In this document: piece after piece, positions 8,488-20,699 of the stretch
Layout of the letters: each line of letters begins with the position of its first letter
How positions within the stretch are numbered: the stretch's first letter is position 1
Source of the DNA: an uncultured Acidobacteriaceae bacterium
GTDB taxonomy: Bacteria > Acidobacteriota > Terriglobia > Terriglobales > Acidobacteriaceae
Length of the DNA: 64,000 nucleotides
NCBI GenBank assembly: GCA_963762375.1
Contig: CAVXKP010000006.1
Location: 27-64,026 of the forward strand
Direction: 5' to 3'
Position numbers and translations under genes: made by a program
The notes under the pieces: model-generated
What the model saw: only the letters and a program-made list of their open reading frames with translations
Databases searched by the model: none
What the model was told of the DNA's origin: nothing

Positions 8488-10290
8488 CTACTCTTCGCCC
8501 ACCTTCAACACCGCCAGGAACGCCTCCTGCGGAATATCCACTTTGCCAATCCGCTTCATCCGCTTCTTGCCTTCCTTCTGCTTCTCCAGCAGCTTGCGCT
8601 TGCGGCTGATATCGCCGCCATAGCACTTCGCAATCACATTCTTTCGAATCGCCGTCACCGTCGATCGCGCAATAATCTTCGACCCGATCGCCGCCTGGAT
8701 CGCCACCTCGAACATCTGCCGCGGAATCAGCTCGCGCATCTTCTCCACCAGCACCTTGCCGCGATCGTACGCAGCATCCCGGTGCACGATGATCGAAAGC
8801 GCGTCTACCGGATCGCCGCCAATCAGAATATCCATCTTCACCATCGGCGAAATCCACGTGCCCGACAGGTGATAGTCCAGCGACGCATACCCGCGCGACA
8901 CCGACTTCAGCCGGTCATAGAAATCCAGCACAATCTCGTTCAGCGGAAGCTCATACGTCAGCATCACGCGCGTCTCGGACACGTACTCGATATTCTGCTG
9001 CCGCCCGCGCTTGTCTTCCACCAGCTTCAGAATGTTGCCGACATACTCTTCGTTCGTCAGAATCTTCGCCGTGATCACCGGCTCTTCAATCTCTTCGATC
9101 TCCGTCGGATCCGGCCAGCGCGAGGGATTATCCACGCTCAACACCGTCCCATCCGTCATCGTGATCTTGTACTGCACGCCCGGCGCCGTAATGATCAGGT
9201 CAAGATCGTACTCACGCTCCAGCCGCTCCTGAATAATCTCCAGATGCAGCAGCCCCAGGAACCCGCAGCGAAATCCAAAGCCCAGCGCCACGGAACTCTC
9301 CGGCTCAAAATTAAAGCTCGCATCGTTGAGCCTTAATTTCTCCAGCGCATCCCGCAGCATCCCGTGCTCATGCGAGTCCACCGTGTACAGCCCGGCGAAC
9401 ACCATGCTCTTGATGTCTTCAAACCCTGGCAGCGCCTCGGCGCACGGCCGGTCGACGTGCGTAATCGTGTCGCCCACCTTGGTATCGGCTACATTCTTGA
9501 TCGTCGCTACAAAAAATCCGACCTCGCCCGCGCTCAGTTCGTTCAGCACCACCGGCTTGGGCGTCATCACGCCCATCGACTCCACATCGAACTGCCTCCC
9601 GTTCGACATGATCTTGATGCGATCGCCCTTGCGCAGCCGCCCATTGATAATGCGTGCCAGCACAATCACGCCGCGATACGCGTCAAACCACGAATCGAAG
9701 ATCAGCGCCTGCAGCGGCGCCTCCGCATCGCCCTTCGGCGAAGGCAGCAGCATCACCACCGCCTCCAGAATGTCCGCGACGTTCAGCCCCGTCTTCGCAC
9801 TCACGCACACCGCATCGTCCGCGGGCAGACCGACGGACTTCTCAATCATCGCCTTCGTGCGCTCAATGTCCGCGCTCGGCAGATCGATCTTGTTGATGAC
9901 CGGAATGATCTCCAACCCGTTCGAGATCGCGAGGTACGCATTCGCCAGCGTCTGCGCCTCGACGCCCTGCGACGCATCCACCACCAGCAGCGCGCCCTCG
10001 CACGAAGCCAGCGAGCGCGAAACTTCATAGCTGAAGTCCACATGCCCCGGTGTGTCGATCAGGTTGAGCTGGTACGTCTCGCCATCGGACGCGGTATACA
10101 TCATGCGCACCGTGTGCGCCTTGATCGTGATCCCGCGCTCGCGTTCCAGGTCCATCGCGTCGAGCACCTGCGCCTGCATCTCGCGCGAGGTCAAACTCCC
10201 GGTCAGCTCCAGCAGCCGGTCCGAAAGGGTTGATTTGCCGTGGTCAATGTGCGCGATGATCGCGAAGTTACGGATGTGCTTTGGATCCAT
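8488..10290 (-). CDS. lepA: elongation factor 4
   Basis: [50 protein letters not shown]; start taken at MDPKH. Confidence 0.98.
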   Translation of the reverse strand: MDPKHIRNFAIIAHIDHGKSTLSDRLLELTGSLTSREMQAQVLDAMDLERERGITIKAHTVRMMYTASDGETYQLNLIDTPGHVDFSYEVSRSLASCEGALLVVDASQGVEAQTLANAYLAISNGLEIIPVINKIDLPSADIERTKAMIEKSVGLPADDAVCVSAKTGLNVADILEAVVMLLPSPKGDAEAPLQALIFDSWFDAYRGVIVLARIINGRLRKGDRIKIMSNGRQFDVESMGVMTPKPVVLNELSAGEVGFFVATIKNVADTKVGDTITHVDRPCAEALPGFEDIKSMVFAGLYTVDSHEHGMLRDALEKLRLNDASFNFEPESSVALGFGFRCGFLGLLHLEIIQERLEREYDLDLIITAPGVQYKITMTDGTVLSVDNPSRWPDPTEIEEIEEPVITAKILTNEEYVGNILKLVEDKRGRQQNIEYVSETRVMLTYELPLNEIVLDFYDRLKSVSRGYASLDYHLSGTWISPMVKMDILIGGDPVDALSIIVHRDAAYDRGKVLVEKMRELIPRQMFEVAIQAAIGSKIIARSTVTAIRKNVIAKCYGGDISRKRKLLEKQKEGKKRMKRIGKVDIPQEAFLAVLKVGEE

Positions 10291-10477
10291 TAGGAGTGCA
10301 ATAAGCCTTAGTCTCCATCTTAACACCCGCGTTCCCCCGCAGACGCTGCCGCCCCTTGCCGCCCCAAAAGATGATGGTCGTCGCAATCGCCTCCCCGCCA
10401 TTCCCCGCCGACCGCCCTCCCCATGCCAGACCACAAAGAACCGGCCGGCCCGTCCAACCCTTACAATGTGTAGGTTG

Positions 10478-12325
10478 ATGGTGAACCTGAAAACTACCTC
10501 CCTCGTCGGGCGCCGCACGCTCGCCGCGACCAGTTCGCTGCTGCTGTTGATGACGCTCACCGGTTGCCCGGGAAACGTCCCCAGCGGCACCGCCTCACCG
10601 GGTAAAGCGCCGGCAAACACCACAGCCCCCTCGCTGCAGCAGCAAAACACGAACTCCGCGCAGACGCAGGCCCAGCAGTCCGCAAATCAGATCGTGGCCG
10701 CCCAGCATGCCCAGAAGGTGCAGGCCCTCATCGCCAAGGCCGAGGCCAGCTATCAATCCGGTGTCGCCAACTACAACGCCAACCGCCTCGACGCCGCGCG
10801 CCAGGACTTCGACTTTGCCGTCGATACCATGCTCTCCAGCGGCATGGACCTCAAAGACGATCCGCAACTCTCCGACGAGTTTGACCAACTCCTCTCCGCC
10901 ATCAACTCCCTCGAGATGATCGCCCTCCGCCAGGGCAACGGCCTCTCGCCCACCCTCGAAGCCGCGCCCGCCGACGCCGCGGATGAAGTCACCTTCGCCC
11001 CGGATCCCCTCCTCATCGGCAAGGTCACCGCCGAGTTGAAGACCACCAACTCCGATCTCCCCCTCGTCATCAACGACTACGTCGCAGGCTGGATCAACGC
11101 CTTCACCAACAAGCCCGCTCTGCACGCCCACCTCGTCAGCAGCCTCCGGCGCGCCGGCAAATATAAGGCCATGATCGAGAGAATCCTTCGCGAGCAGGGC
11201 GTCCCGCAGGACCTCATCTACCAGGCCGTCACCGAAACCGGCTTCCAGCCGCAATCCGTCAACCGCAAGTCCGGAGCCGCTGGCATGTGGCAGTTCATGC
11301 GCTCCAACGACTACCTGCAATCGAACGGCTACTTCGACGAGCGCTTCGATCCCGAGAAGTCCACCATCGCCTATGCCAAGTACATGAAGTTCCTCTACAG
11401 CCAGACCGGCGACTGGTACCTCGCGATGGCCGCGTACGACTGGGGTCTCGGTCGCGTGCAGCACGTCGTCAGCCGCACCGGCTATGCGGATTATTGGCAG
11501 ATCTATCGCCTCGGCGGCCTGCCTGCCGAAACCAAGGCGTATATCCCCAGCACCATCGCTGCCATCATCATGGCGAAGAACCCACAGCAGTACGGCCTCA
11601 CCGACGTCGTACCCGACCCTCCCGTTCTCTCCGACGACGTCACCACCAACTACGCCATCGACATGCGCCTCGTGGCCGACCTCACCAACACCACGCTTCC
11701 CGAGATCGTCGCCCTCAATCCGGCTCTCCTGCGGCTCTCCACGCCCAACGACATCCCCTACGATCTTCACCTCCCCGCCGGCACGCGCCAGATGTACCTC
11801 ACCCGCCTCAAGAACATTCCCGAAGAAGACCGCACCACCTGGCGCTTCCACGTCGTGCAGAACGGAGAGACGCTCGACCAGATCGCCGAGTCGCTGCACG
11901 CTCACGCCGCCGAGATCACTTCGGTCAATGATCTGACCGACCCCATCCAGACCGGCGACGAGCTCGTCATCCCCATTGAGGCCAGCCGTCGCCTCACCCC
12001 AGGCGAACGCTACACCATGCACCGCAGAGATACCCTGGTCACCGTCGCCGATCGATTCGGCGTCACCGTCGAGCAGCTGCGCGAATGGAATCACCTCTCA
12101 TCCAATCGCGTCGCGCCGGGCCGTTCGCTCTACGTCGTCGAACCCATCCGCCTCGCTCCAACGGCTCGCGGACACCGCCGTCATGGCGGCCGCGCAGCGT
12201 CAGACAAGCCGAGCAGAACGTCACGCAAATCTCTCGGACGCAAGTCTTCGACTCGTTCCGAGAGCCGGACCCATGCCGCAAAGGCCGGGAGAAAACAGGC
12301 GAAAAAGAAGCAGCGCTCGCGATGA
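10478..12325 (+). CDS. membrane-bound lytic transglycosylase with LysM repeats (MltD-like lipoprotein)
   Basis: Lipobox LTGC; SLT motifs ([28 protein letters not shown]); LysM repeats; basic tail. Confidence 0.9.
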   Translation: MVNLKTTSLVGRRTLAATSSLLLLMTLTGCPGNVPSGTASPGKAPANTTAPSLQQQNTNSAQTQAQQSANQIVAAQHAQKVQALIAKAEASYQSGVANYNANRLDAARQDFDFAVDTMLSSGMDLKDDPQLSDEFDQLLSAINSLEMIALRQGNGLSPTLEAAPADAADEVTFAPDPLLIGKVTAELKTTNSDLPLVINDYVAGWINAFTNKPALHAHLVSSLRRAGKYKAMIERILREQGVPQDLIYQAVTETGFQPQSVNRKSGAAGMWQFMRSNDYLQSNGYFDERFDPEKSTIAYAKYMKFLYSQTGDWYLAMAAYDWGLGRVQHVVSRTGYADYWQIYRLGGLPAETKAYIPSTIAAIIMAKNPQQYGLTDVVPDPPVLSDDVTTNYAIDMRLVADLTNTTLPEIVALNPALLRLSTPNDIPYDLHLPAGTRQMYLTRLKNIPEEDRTTWRFHVVQNGETLDQIAESLHAHAAEITSVNDLTDPIQTGDELVIPIEASRRLTPGERYTMHRRDTLVTVADRFGVTVEQLREWNHLSSNRVAPGRSLYVVEPIRLAPTARGHRRHGGRAASDKPSRTSRKSLGRKSSTRSESRTHAAKAGRKQAKKKQRSR

Positions 12326-12543
12326 TTCCCGTCACAACGAGGAGACCTCCCGGGATTGCGGGTAGAAAAATATGCACTGCCCTAAAAAAGGTGCTTGCTA
12401 TTTCATAGCTCCACGCGTAATCCTGTTGACATCATGATGTGACGCATCTGTGTCGCATGCAGCAAGATAGGGCTTTCAAAGTTGCAAGAGAACGAAGATT
12501 GATTCAACGCAACGCAAGGAATTCGGAGTTGGGGGAGAACGTT

Positions 12544-13230
12544 ATGTTGCAAGACGAAGAAACAATCAAGCTCTACGCAGCAGGCTACGACGAAGACGAC
12601 ACCGATGAGGTGATCGATCTCGACTCACTCGACGAGGAAGATGAAGAAGAGGAGTTCGACGTCGTTTCCGTAGGTCACGTCGAGGAGGCCGAGATCTTCG
12701 CTCCACCTCCCACGCCCGTCGCTCCCTACGAGCCTCCCACACGGCTCTCGATTGAGCCCACACCCAGCGCCCCTCCACCACCACCCGCGGCTCCCAGGAA
12801 AGCTGCCGCCAAGAAAGCGGTGAAGAAGGCTCCGGCGAAGAAAGCCTTGGCAAAGAAGGCTCCCGCAACCAAAGCTCCTGCAAAGAAGGCCATCAAGGCA
12901 GTGGCGAAGGCTCCAGCCAAGAAAGCCGCCAAGAAGGCTCCTGCAAAGAAGACTCCCGCGAAGAAGGCCGCGGGCAAAAAGATTTCAAGTTCTGCCGCGA
13001 AGTCAACACGTGCTCTGCGCGGCGGTAAGTCTGCCCCTAAAAAGGCAGTCGGCAACAAGAGCACAAGCACCAAAAAATCGACTATGAGAGGTAAGACCTT
13101 GGCAACGAAGAAAGCTGCAAAGAAAGCCGTAAAGAAGGCCGTCAAGAAGGCCCCCGCGAAGAAGGCCGTCAAGAAGGCTGTTAAGAAGGCCGTCAAGAAG
13201 GCTGTCAAGAAGGCTGCGCCGAAGAAGTAA
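12544..13230 (+). CDS. histone H1-like protein with acidic N-terminus
   Basis: DEDDTDEVIDLDSLDEEDEEEEFD, Pro-rich linker, then many KKAP/KKAV repeats; GGGGAG RBS. Confidence 0.8.
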   Translation: MLQDEETIKLYAAGYDEDDTDEVIDLDSLDEEDEEEEFDVVSVGHVEEAEIFAPPPTPVAPYEPPTRLSIEPTPSAPPPPPAAPRKAAAKKAVKKAPAKKALAKKAPATKAPAKKAIKAVAKAPAKKAAKKAPAKKTPAKKAAGKKISSSAAKSTRALRGGKSAPKKAVGNKSTSTKKSTMRGKTLATKKAAKKAVKKAVKKAPAKKAVKKAVKKAVKKAVKKAAPKK

Positions 13231-13262
13231 CTCGGCTGCCACAACCGCAGTAAAAGGCAAGC

Positions 13263-13301
13263 AAAAGCGCCCGGTCCCTCTTCGGAGGCCCGGGCGTTTT
13301 T
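13263..13301. terminator. bidirectional terminator
   Basis: AAAAGCGCCCGG...CCGGGCGTTTTT. Confidence 0.8.
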
Positions 13302-13326
13302 GCGTCTGCTGGAATCCTTCCAGCCG

Positions 13327-13875
13327 CTACTTGCTCATCGACGCAATCGCCGCCAGCACCTCTCCGCTGTGTGCCTGGATATCCTTTACCTGCCACTCCT
13401 GCACAATCCTGCCCTTCGGCGAGATCAGGAACGTGTCCCGCTCCGCGTAATGCATCGGACCGAACGACTTCACCGGCACGCCATACTCGTCCACCACCTT
13501 GTGCTCAGGATCCGCCAGCAGCTTGAACGTAAGCGAGTCCTTCGTGCAGAACGATTTGTGACTGTCGACCGTGTCCAGCGATACGCCCAGCACCACGGCA
13601 TTCAGGGCTTCGTACTTCTGCAGGTCGCGCTGAAAGTTGTGCGCCTCAATCGTGCATCCCGCGGTCTGGTCCTTCGGGTAGAAGTACAGCACCACCCACT
13701 TGCCCCTATAGTCGTTCAGGGACACCGGCAGGTTCTCCTGCGAGGGCAGCGTAAAATTCGGCGCCGCACTTCCTACCTGCGCCATATCCCCGGCCGCCGA
13801 CACACTCTTCGTCAGCGCGAAGCTGCCTGCCAACGCCACCGCACATCCTGTTGCAATCCACCGTTTCCGAAGCAT
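13327..13875 (-). CDS. bcp: peroxiredoxin (BCP/PrxQ type) with N-terminal signal peptide
   Basis: APNFTL, GKWVVLYFYPKDQTAGCTIEA, ERDTFLI. Confidence 0.88.
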   Translation of the reverse strand: MLRKRWIATGCAVALAGSFALTKSVSAAGDMAQVGSAAPNFTLPSQENLPVSLNDYRGKWVVLYFYPKDQTAGCTIEAHNFQRDLQKYEALNAVVLGVSLDTVDSHKSFCTKDSLTFKLLADPEHKVVDEYGVPVKSFGPMHYAERDTFLISPKGRIVQEWQVKDIQAHSGEVLAAIASMSK

Positions 13876-14001
13876 GGGAGATCTCCTGGGCGCGGCTTCT
13901 AATCGCAAGTTCCGCGTCGACTGCCATCTTATCCCACCGCCTTTACCCCTCGCCTTTACCCCTCACTGATCCACCCAGCCGATACACCCGCCGAACTGCG
14001 T

Positions 14002-14895
14002 TCAGTTCTGCTTACTATCCGCAGCGTCGCCAACCATCGCAATCCCCGCCGCGTCCGCCGCTGCCGTCATCGCCTCCCGGTCGAACACCAACGTCCGCCC
14101 CGCCTCCACGCACAGACACGTCGCTCCCGCCGCAATCATCGCCTCGATCGTCGGAACCCCCACCACCGGCACATCGAACCGCATATCCTGATTCGGCTTC
14201 GCGACCTTCACCACCGTCAGCCGCCGCTGCAACGTGCTCGCCTCCGCACCCAGATCGAGCCCGCGAAAGATCTCTCCCGCCCGCGCGATCGTCGCATCGG
14301 TTCCCTCCATCGCCTCCACCGCAACGCACGCCCCGGCTGCAATCACCACCGTCTGCCCCAGGTCGAATCCCGCAATCCCGCGCGCCACCTTCAGCCCGTA
14401 CGCGATGTCTCCTCGCTCCGTCTCATCCGGAGCCCGTTGCGTCAGCACGCCCGCCGGCGCCAGCATCGGCTCCAGGAATGCCGTCGACGACATCAGCGTG
14501 ATGCCCTCGTCCTCCAGCACCTTCGCCACCGCGCCCAGCAGCATGTCCGTATTGCGCGTGCGCAGATTCAGCAGCAGCTTTGCCAGCCGCCAGTCCGGCC
14601 GGATGCTCGAAAAAATCTGCTTGTGCTTCACCTGCCCCGCCATCACCGCCCGCGTCACGCCTTCGCTCTGAAACATCTCGATCAGTCGCGACAGCTCTCC
14701 CAGCGAAAGCCAGTGCACGCGCACCCCCTCGGGATCGCGCGCCGCCCGCGCGTTCATCTCCGCATCGGTCTCTTCCTTGATCGCCGCGACCACCACCCGC
14801 AGCCCCTGCGCCCGCGCCGCATCCAGCAGCAGAAACGGAAACCGCCCGTTCCCCGCAATCAATCCCAGCGTCGACCCTCGTCCGCCGGCGTCCAT
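14002..14895 (-). CDS. lpxI: UDP-2,3-diacylglucosamine diphosphatase
   Basis: LGLIAGNGRFP, DLGQTVV, AVEAMEGTD, KPNQDMRFDVP; downstream of lpxA. Confidence 0.92.
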   Translation of the reverse strand: MDAGGRGSTLGLIAGNGRFPFLLLDAARAQGLRVVVAAIKEETDAEMNARAARDPEGVRVHWLSLGELSRLIEMFQSEGVTRAVMAGQVKHKQIFSSIRPDWRLAKLLLNLRTRNTDMLLGAVAKVLEDEGITLMSSTAFLEPMLAPAGVLTQRAPDETERGDIAYGLKVARGIAGFDLGQTVVIAAGACVAVEAMEGTDATIARAGEIFRGLDLGAEASTLQRRLTVVKVAKPNQDMRFDVPVVGVPTIEAMIAAGATCLCVEAGRTLVFDREAMTAAADAAGIAMVGDAADSKQN

Positions 14896-14897
14896 AC

Positions 14898-15701
14898 CTA
14901 CTTGATCACTCCGCGCTCGCTCGACTCCACAAACTCCGCAAGATACTTCACATGCTCGCCGCCCGCGCCCTGCGCAATCATCTCGTGAATGATCTCCAGC
15001 GCCTGCGTCGTGTTGTGCTTTCCGCTCACCAGCGCCCGCATCGCCGTCGACAGCTCGCGTAGCTGCTCGGCCGTGAACCCGCGCCGCTGCAGCCCCACCT
15101 TGTTCAATCCATACGCATGATTGTTCCGCTCAATCGACGTCAGCGAGTACGGCATCACATCCTGCGTGATCGTCGTCCCGCCGCCGACATACGCGTACCG
15201 CCCCACCCTGCAGAACTGGTGCACCGGCGCATTCGCGCTCAGCGTCACATAATCCTCCACCGTCACATGCCCCGCCAGCGTCGCTCCATTCGGCAGGATG
15301 CATCCATTCCCCACCACCGAATCATGCCCAATGTGCACGTACGCCATAATCAAATTCCCCGACCCGATCCGCGTCGTGCCTCCGCCGCCCACCGTCCCGC
15401 GCGACACCGTCACATACTCCCGAATCGTGTTGTCATCCCCGAACGTCGCGCCCGTCGGCTCCCCCGCATACTTCAGATCCTGCGGAGCAATCCCCAGGCA
15501 CGCAAACGAAAAAATCTTGTTGCGCGCACCAAACGTGGTATGTCCATCCAGCACCACGTGCGACACCAGCTCGCACTGCTCCCCCAGCACCACGTGCGGC
15601 CCGATCGTGCAGAACGGCCCCACCGCGCAGCTGGCCGGAATCACCGCGCCCTCGGCCACGATCGCCGTGGGATGAATGCTCGCCGTCGGATGAATGCTCA
15701 C
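14898..15701 (-). CDS. lpxA: acyl-ACP--UDP-GlcNAc O-acyltransferase
   Basis: IHPTA start, hexapeptide repeats, PQDLKY, HIGHD, LAGHV, VHQF; GTG start overlaps the fabZ stop. Confidence 0.95.
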   Translation of the reverse strand: MSIHPTASIHPTAIVAEGAVIPASCAVGPFCTIGPHVVLGEQCELVSHVVLDGHTTFGARNKIFSFACLGIAPQDLKYAGEPTGATFGDDNTIREYVTVSRGTVGGGGTTRIGSGNLIMAYVHIGHDSVVGNGCILPNGATLAGHVTVEDYVTLSANAPVHQFCRVGRYAYVGGGTTITQDVMPYSLTSIERNNHAYGLNKVGLQRRGFTAEQLRELSTAMRALVSGKHNTTQALEIIHEMIAQGAGGEHVKYLAEFVESSERGVIK

Positions 15702-16237
15702 TGCCCCTCGGCCTCCGCGGCCGGCTTCTTCCCGGGGCGCGACACCAGCATGCACATGATCGTCGCCTCGCACGCAATCGCGCCATCCACCGTCACCTTA
15801 CCCTGCAGCTTCACCGCCGTGCGCCGCCAGTTCAGCACCGTCACCTCGATCCGCATCTGGTCGCCCGGCACCACCGGACGCCGGAACTTTGCTCCCTCGA
15901 TGCCAGCGAAGACCATCAGCTTGTTGTCGCGATCATCAATCTCGGTGAGCAGCAGAGCTCCGCCCGCCTGCGCCATCGCCTCCACCTGCAGCACGGCCGG
16001 CATGATCGGATAATCCGGAAAGTGCCCCACAAAGTGCGGCTCATTCGCCGTCACATTCTTGATCGCCACAATGCGCGTCTTGCGCTCCATCTCGATCACG
16101 CGATCGATCAGCAGCAGCGGATAGCGATGCGGCAGAATCGCCATGATCTCAACAATGTCCAGCGAGGTCTTTACCGGCTCGGCGACAGTTTCGGACTCAG
16201 CCTTCTCGGCTGCAGAGGTCAAAATCGAATCACTCAT
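15698..16237 (-). CDS. fabZ: 3-hydroxyacyl-ACP dehydratase
   Basis: LPHRYPLLLIDRV, GHFPDYPIMPAVLQVEAMAQ. Confidence 0.96.
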   Translation of the reverse strand: MSDSILTSAAEKAESETVAEPVKTSLDIVEIMAILPHRYPLLLIDRVIEMERKTRIVAIKNVTANEPHFVGHFPDYPIMPAVLQVEAMAQAGGALLLTEIDDRDNKLMVFAGIEGAKFRRPVVPGDQMRIEVTVLNWRRTAVKLQGKVTVDGAIACEATIMCMLVSRPGKKPAAEAEGQ

Positions 16238-16275
16238 AACGAGGCTCAGAATACCACTGCAGGCACTCCATCGCG

Positions 16276-17134
16276 TTACTTGCGCTTGGGTTCCAACGCC
16301 TGGTGTGGATCAAAAACCTCCGCCCCCAGCGCCACGTTGTAGACCACCTTCGTCAAGAACCTCTCACCCGTCATCTCGCCGTTCCGCATCGTGATCACGG
16401 AATACGGCGTCATGATTCCCTGCACTTCGTGATAATCCGCAAACTCCACCACCTCCGTATTCCAGTCCTTGTACACCGGATCGCGCCATTGAAAGCTGAG
16501 GCTCAACGGCAGGTGCGTGCTCTGATCGAGTGCCACCGTCACCGCATCGTTGCTCGCACTCAGCACACGCACCTCATCCGCCAGGTGCCGCTCCACCATC
16601 TTCGCCCCCTCATCCATCACCGCCGCCCCCGCCTGCTGCAGCCAATCCTTCACCACCACGTCCAGCGAATGCTCGCGCAGCCGCTCGAAGTCCGCGACCT
16701 CCTTCGCCGGCAGCGCCGACGTCCCCTTGTACGTAATCTCGTACCCCTGATCGCTCGTCCACACATCCGCAACATCGCTGTGATTCGTCGCGATGACCGG
16801 CCCAAAGTGCGACACCATCACCAGCCGCTCCCCAAACGGACTCACCCTGCCGTACTCCTCAAACGCTGGCGCCGCCGCGTCCGGTTGCCCTTTATAAAAG
16901 GTCGCCGCCCTCCCATAGAAGATCCACGTCTGCCGATCCAGCCACGCCTCGCCCCCCAGCGCCGCCACCATCGCATCCAGCAGCCTCCGGCCGCGCTCTG
17001 CTTCCGCCTTCCCGCCTTCGCCCTGCGCCACCTGCATACTCGGCACCGCCGAAGCCTGCGCCCCCGCACCGCAAACACCCGCCGAGCACGACCCCCGCCC
17101 ACACCAACCCTCGCCAGCCGCGCAGGATCTTCAT
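16276..17134 (-). CDS. secreted LolA-like/lipoprotein-sorting-fold protein; frameshift near 17060
   Basis: Signal-like MKILRGWRG...; LLDAMVAALGGEAW and FADYHEVQGIMTP patterns. Confidence 0.6.
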
Positions 17135-17141
17135 CGTTCCC

Positions 17142-17949
17142 TCACCCCACCAGCACAGCGCCCCCATTGACGTTGAATATTTCGCCCGACACAAACCCAG
17201 CCCACTTCGTGCACAGAAACACCACCGGCCCGGCAATCTCCTCCGGCTCCCCCGCTCGTCCCAGCGGTATCAACCCCAGCGCCTTCTTCGACGCCACCGG
17301 ATCATTCAGCGTGCCCTCCGACATCTCCGTCCGCACCCATCCCGGCGCCACGCAGTTGCAAAGAATCCCCTGCGGCGCCAGCTCGCTCGACAAGCTCTTG
17401 GTCAACGAGATCAGCGCTCCCTTGCTCGCCGCATAGTCCGCATGGAACGCCTCTCCCCGCTGCGCCGCCGTCGACGCAATCAACACAATATGACCCTTCG
17501 CCCCTTCGCCCGCCGGCTGTCGCCAGCATCTGCGCCACCGCCGCCTGCACCAGCCCAAACACGCTGTCCAGGTTCACTCCCAGCGTCCCTCGCCACTGCG
17601 TCGCGCTCATCGTCGCAATCGGCTGATCATGCGGCGGCCAGATTCCATGGTTCACCACCAGGCCATCCAGCCGCCCAAACACCTTCACCGCCGCTGCCAC
17701 CAGCGCCTGCCCATCCTCCACCGTCGCCAGCTCCTGCCGCAACCCGCGGCAAACCGCCTCGCCGCCGCAAGCCTCCACCAGCTCCTTCGCCTGCCGCTCT
17801 GCGCTCCGATAGCTGAACACCACCCGCGCGCCAGCCTGCCGCAGCAGCCGCACCGTCGCCGCGCCAATCCCTCGCGACCCGCCTGTCACCAATACCACGC
17901 TGCCCTCCAGCGACAGCGACAATCCCTGCACCTTTGCTTCCAATGTCAT
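17142..17949 (-). CDS. SDR family oxidoreductase (FabG-like); frameshift near 17520
   Basis: TGGSRGIG, VVNHG, YAASKG, NCVAPGWV split over two frames. Confidence 0.85.
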
Positions 17950-18111
17950 ACCCAGAAACTATCGTTTGCGCGCGCCGTATGCAAATCATGCGCCTCTTTC
18001 TTCCTTCCGCGAGTATCTAATTTTCTATCGCCGGTCCCGCTGCAACGAGGTACGCTGACAGCGTATGATTTCAGCGCTCCACCCACCCCATGTAAGGAGT
18101 GTCTCCACCCC

Positions 18112-18510
18112 ATGAAATATCTTTATCTGCTCTGCCGCATCCTGCTGGGCCTGATGTTCCTCGTCTTCGGTGCCAATCTCCTCCATCCCTTCCTGCCCAT
18201 GGAGGCGCCTCCCGCCGGCTCGCTACCCGCCCAGTTCATGGGCGTCATGTTCCCCAGCGGCTGGATGCATGAGATCGGCCTCTTGCAAATCCTCGGCGGC
18301 CTGTTCGTCCTCATCGGAGGCACCGCCCCTCTCGGTCTCGTGATCCTCGGCCCCCTCATCGTCAACATCCTCACCTTCCACATCCTCCTCGCAGGCGGCC
18401 ACGGCATCGCCCCAGGGCTCTTCGCCACGGTGCTCGAGATCATCCTCATCTACGGCTACCGCGCCAACTTCGCTGGCATCTTCACCTACCGGGCAACGCC
18501 CACGCTCTAA
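18112..18510 (+). CDS. DoxX-like membrane protein
   Basis: RILLGLMFLVFGAN...LGPLIVNILTFH; paralog of 43367..43753; AAGGAG RBS. Confidence 0.8.
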   Translation: MKYLYLLCRILLGLMFLVFGANLLHPFLPMEAPPAGSLPAQFMGVMFPSGWMHEIGLLQILGGLFVLIGGTAPLGLVILGPLIVNILTFHILLAGGHGIAPGLFATVLEIILIYGYRANFAGIFTYRATPTL

Positions 18511-18534
18511 CCACGGCCCCTCCGGGAAGCGCGA

Positions 18535-19023
18535 TTATCCTTCGCGCTTCCCGTTCGCTTTGGGCTTTCCTCCGCTCGACTTCGCCGCGGCCTTCTCCTC
18601 CGCCTTCTTCGCCAGCACCTTCCTTCGCTCCGCAATCAACTTTCCCTGCGCCCGCTCCGGCATCGCCAGCACCTCCCGAACCCCCTTCGGCAGCTTCGCC
18701 AGCGTGATCGCATGCGCCGCGCGCAACTCACTCTCCCACTCCGCATTCCGCAACACATCCCACCGCTCCACCGCCACCCAATGGATCCGCGCCATGTACG
18801 GCGCCGGCACAATCCCCTCCTGCTCCACCAGCTCCGCAAACCTCTCCGGGCCCGCCGAGTAACTGATCACCCCATGCGCCCCCGCATCCAGGTTCAGCAG
18901 GCAGAACATCTTTCCGCCAATCGCCTTGTCCCCCACCCAGAAGACGAGATTGTCGCCCCACTGCATCGTCTCCACCGCATGCGGCAACCCCAGCAAGAAC
19001 GCGCGAGCTCTCTCCACATCCAT
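18535..19023 (-). CDS. MmcQ/YjbR family protein
   Basis: WGDNLVFWVG..GGKMF, PAPYMARIHWV. Confidence 0.85.
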   Translation of the reverse strand: MDVERARAFLLGLPHAVETMQWGDNLVFWVGDKAIGGKMFCLLNLDAGAHGVISYSAGPERFAELVEQEGIVPAPYMARIHWVAVERWDVLRNAEWESELRAAHAITLAKLPKGVREVLAMPERAQGKLIAERRKVLAKKAEEKAAAKSSGGKPKANGKREG

Positions 19024-19101
19024 GCGCGCCAGTATAAGCCCGTCCCGTTACCACCCCGCAACCCAACCCTCGCCGACCGCGCAGGACCTCATCACGACTT
19101 C

Positions 19102-19134
19102 GGGTGCCCCATATCTCGATTCTGAGATGTGGGC
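19102..19134 (+). repeat. GGGTGCCCCA-type REP-like palindrome, flanked by direct repeats carrying the polar motif (19055-19087, 19173-19221)
   Basis: gggtgccccatatctcgattctgagatgtgggc hairpin. Confidence 0.8.
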
Positions 19135-19240
19135 ATCGTGCGAGCAGCGCGACCGCACCCGCCCACCTCCACCCCCGCAACCCAACGCTCGCCGACCGCG
19201 CAGCACCCGTCCGCGCAGGACTTATACTTCAATCTGACCC

Positions 19241-20530
19241 ATGCCGACCGAATCGCAAACCTCCTTCGCCCCCGTCGCCGACCAGCTCGACCTCATCACC
19301 AAGGGCGCCGCCGAGATCATCCCTCCCGCTTCCTCGAACGATCCAGCTGCCCTCGCCGCGCGTCTCGAAGAGTCGCGCAAGACCGGCGTCCCCCTCCGCA
19401 TCAAAGCCGGCTTCGACCCCACCGCCCCCGACCTCCACCTCGGCCACACCGTGCTCATGCGCAAGCTCAAGCACTTCCAGCAGCTCGGCCACACCGTCAT
19501 CTTCCTCATCGGCGACGGCACCGCCCTCATCGGCGATCCCACCGGCAAAGACGTCACCCGCAAGCCCCTCACCCGCGAAGAGATCGCCGCCAACGCCAAG
19601 ACCTACCAGGACCAGGTCTTCAAGATCCTCGACCGCGACAAGACCGAAGTCCGCTTCAACTCCGAGTGGCTCGACAAGCTTTCCTACTACGACCTCGTCA
19701 AGCTGATGGCCCAGTTCACCGTCTCGCAGATGCTCGAGCGCGAGATGTTCCACAAGCGCTTCCAGGACGAGCAGCCCATCGCCCTCCACGAGTTCGTCTA
19801 CCCCATCGCCCAGGGCTACGACTCCGTCGCCCTCGAGTGCGACGTCGAACTCGGCGGCACCGACCAGAAGTTCAACCTGATGCGCGGCCGCGACCTGCAG
19901 AAACACTTCAACCAGAAACCCCAGGTCATCCTCATGACGCCGATCCTCGAAGGCCTCGACGGCGTCCAGAAGATGTCCAAGTCCCTCAACAACGCCATCG
20001 GCGTCAACGATCCCGCGCCCGACATGTACGGCAAGCTCATGAGCATCAACGACGAGCTCATGTGGAAGTACTACACCTTCCTCACCGACCTCCCGCAATC
20101 GCAGATCGACGCCATGCAAGCCGAAGTCGCCGCCGGCAAGCTCCACCCCATGCAAGCCAAGAAGAACCTGGCCCACTCCATCACCGCCGACTTCCACTCC
20201 CCCTCTGAAGCCGACGCCGCCGCCGAATCCTGGGCCACCCAGTTCCAGCAAAAAGGCGTCGCCGAGGACCTTCCTATCGTAGAAATCAGCCTCACTGCTG
20301 AAGGCCTGCTCGCCACCGAAACCTCCGAACCAACCTTCCGCATTCCCAAGCTGCTCCAACTCGCTGGCCTCGCAGCCTCCGCCGGCGAAGCCACCCGCAA
20401 GCTCGCAGAAAACGCCGTCTCCATCAACGGCGAAAAGTTCACCGGCAGAACCCTCTCCCGCGAAGCCCTCGGCGACACCCCCACCCTCCGCCTCGGCAAG
20501 AAATCCGTCCGCATCCACTGGACCTCCTAA
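19241..20530 (+). CDS. tyrS: tyrosine--tRNA ligase
   Basis: [29 protein letters not shown]-terminal S4 domain. Confidence 0.97.
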   Translation: MPTESQTSFAPVADQLDLITKGAAEIIPPASSNDPAALAARLEESRKTGVPLRIKAGFDPTAPDLHLGHTVLMRKLKHFQQLGHTVIFLIGDGTALIGDPTGKDVTRKPLTREEIAANAKTYQDQVFKILDRDKTEVRFNSEWLDKLSYYDLVKLMAQFTVSQMLEREMFHKRFQDEQPIALHEFVYPIAQGYDSVALECDVELGGTDQKFNLMRGRDLQKHFNQKPQVILMTPILEGLDGVQKMSKSLNNAIGVNDPAPDMYGKLMSINDELMWKYYTFLTDLPQSQIDAMQAEVAAGKLHPMQAKKNLAHSITADFHSPSEADAAAESWATQFQQKGVAEDLPIVEISLTAEGLLATETSEPTFRIPKLLQLAGLAASAGEATRKLAENAVSINGEKFTGRTLSREALGDTPTLRLGKKSVRIHWTS

Positions 20531-20699
20531 CCCGGCCTCCCTCGCGAACCGTTGCGCCTCTCTTCGCGACCGTTGCGTCAAAGCCCTTCGCCTGTTCCGG
20601 AAGAGACCCATCCCTTCACGGCTGGGACACCTCCCCGCGCCGCACCCCCGCGTGACCCCAGTCACATCGATCTGCATGGGTATCTGCAATGATTCATCC

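Noticed and set aside
15666..15701. SIHPTA duplication in lpxA and the TFTFTF run in the kinase at ~61855
   Set aside because: Ordinary hexapeptide-repeat or slippage duplications with no wider pattern.
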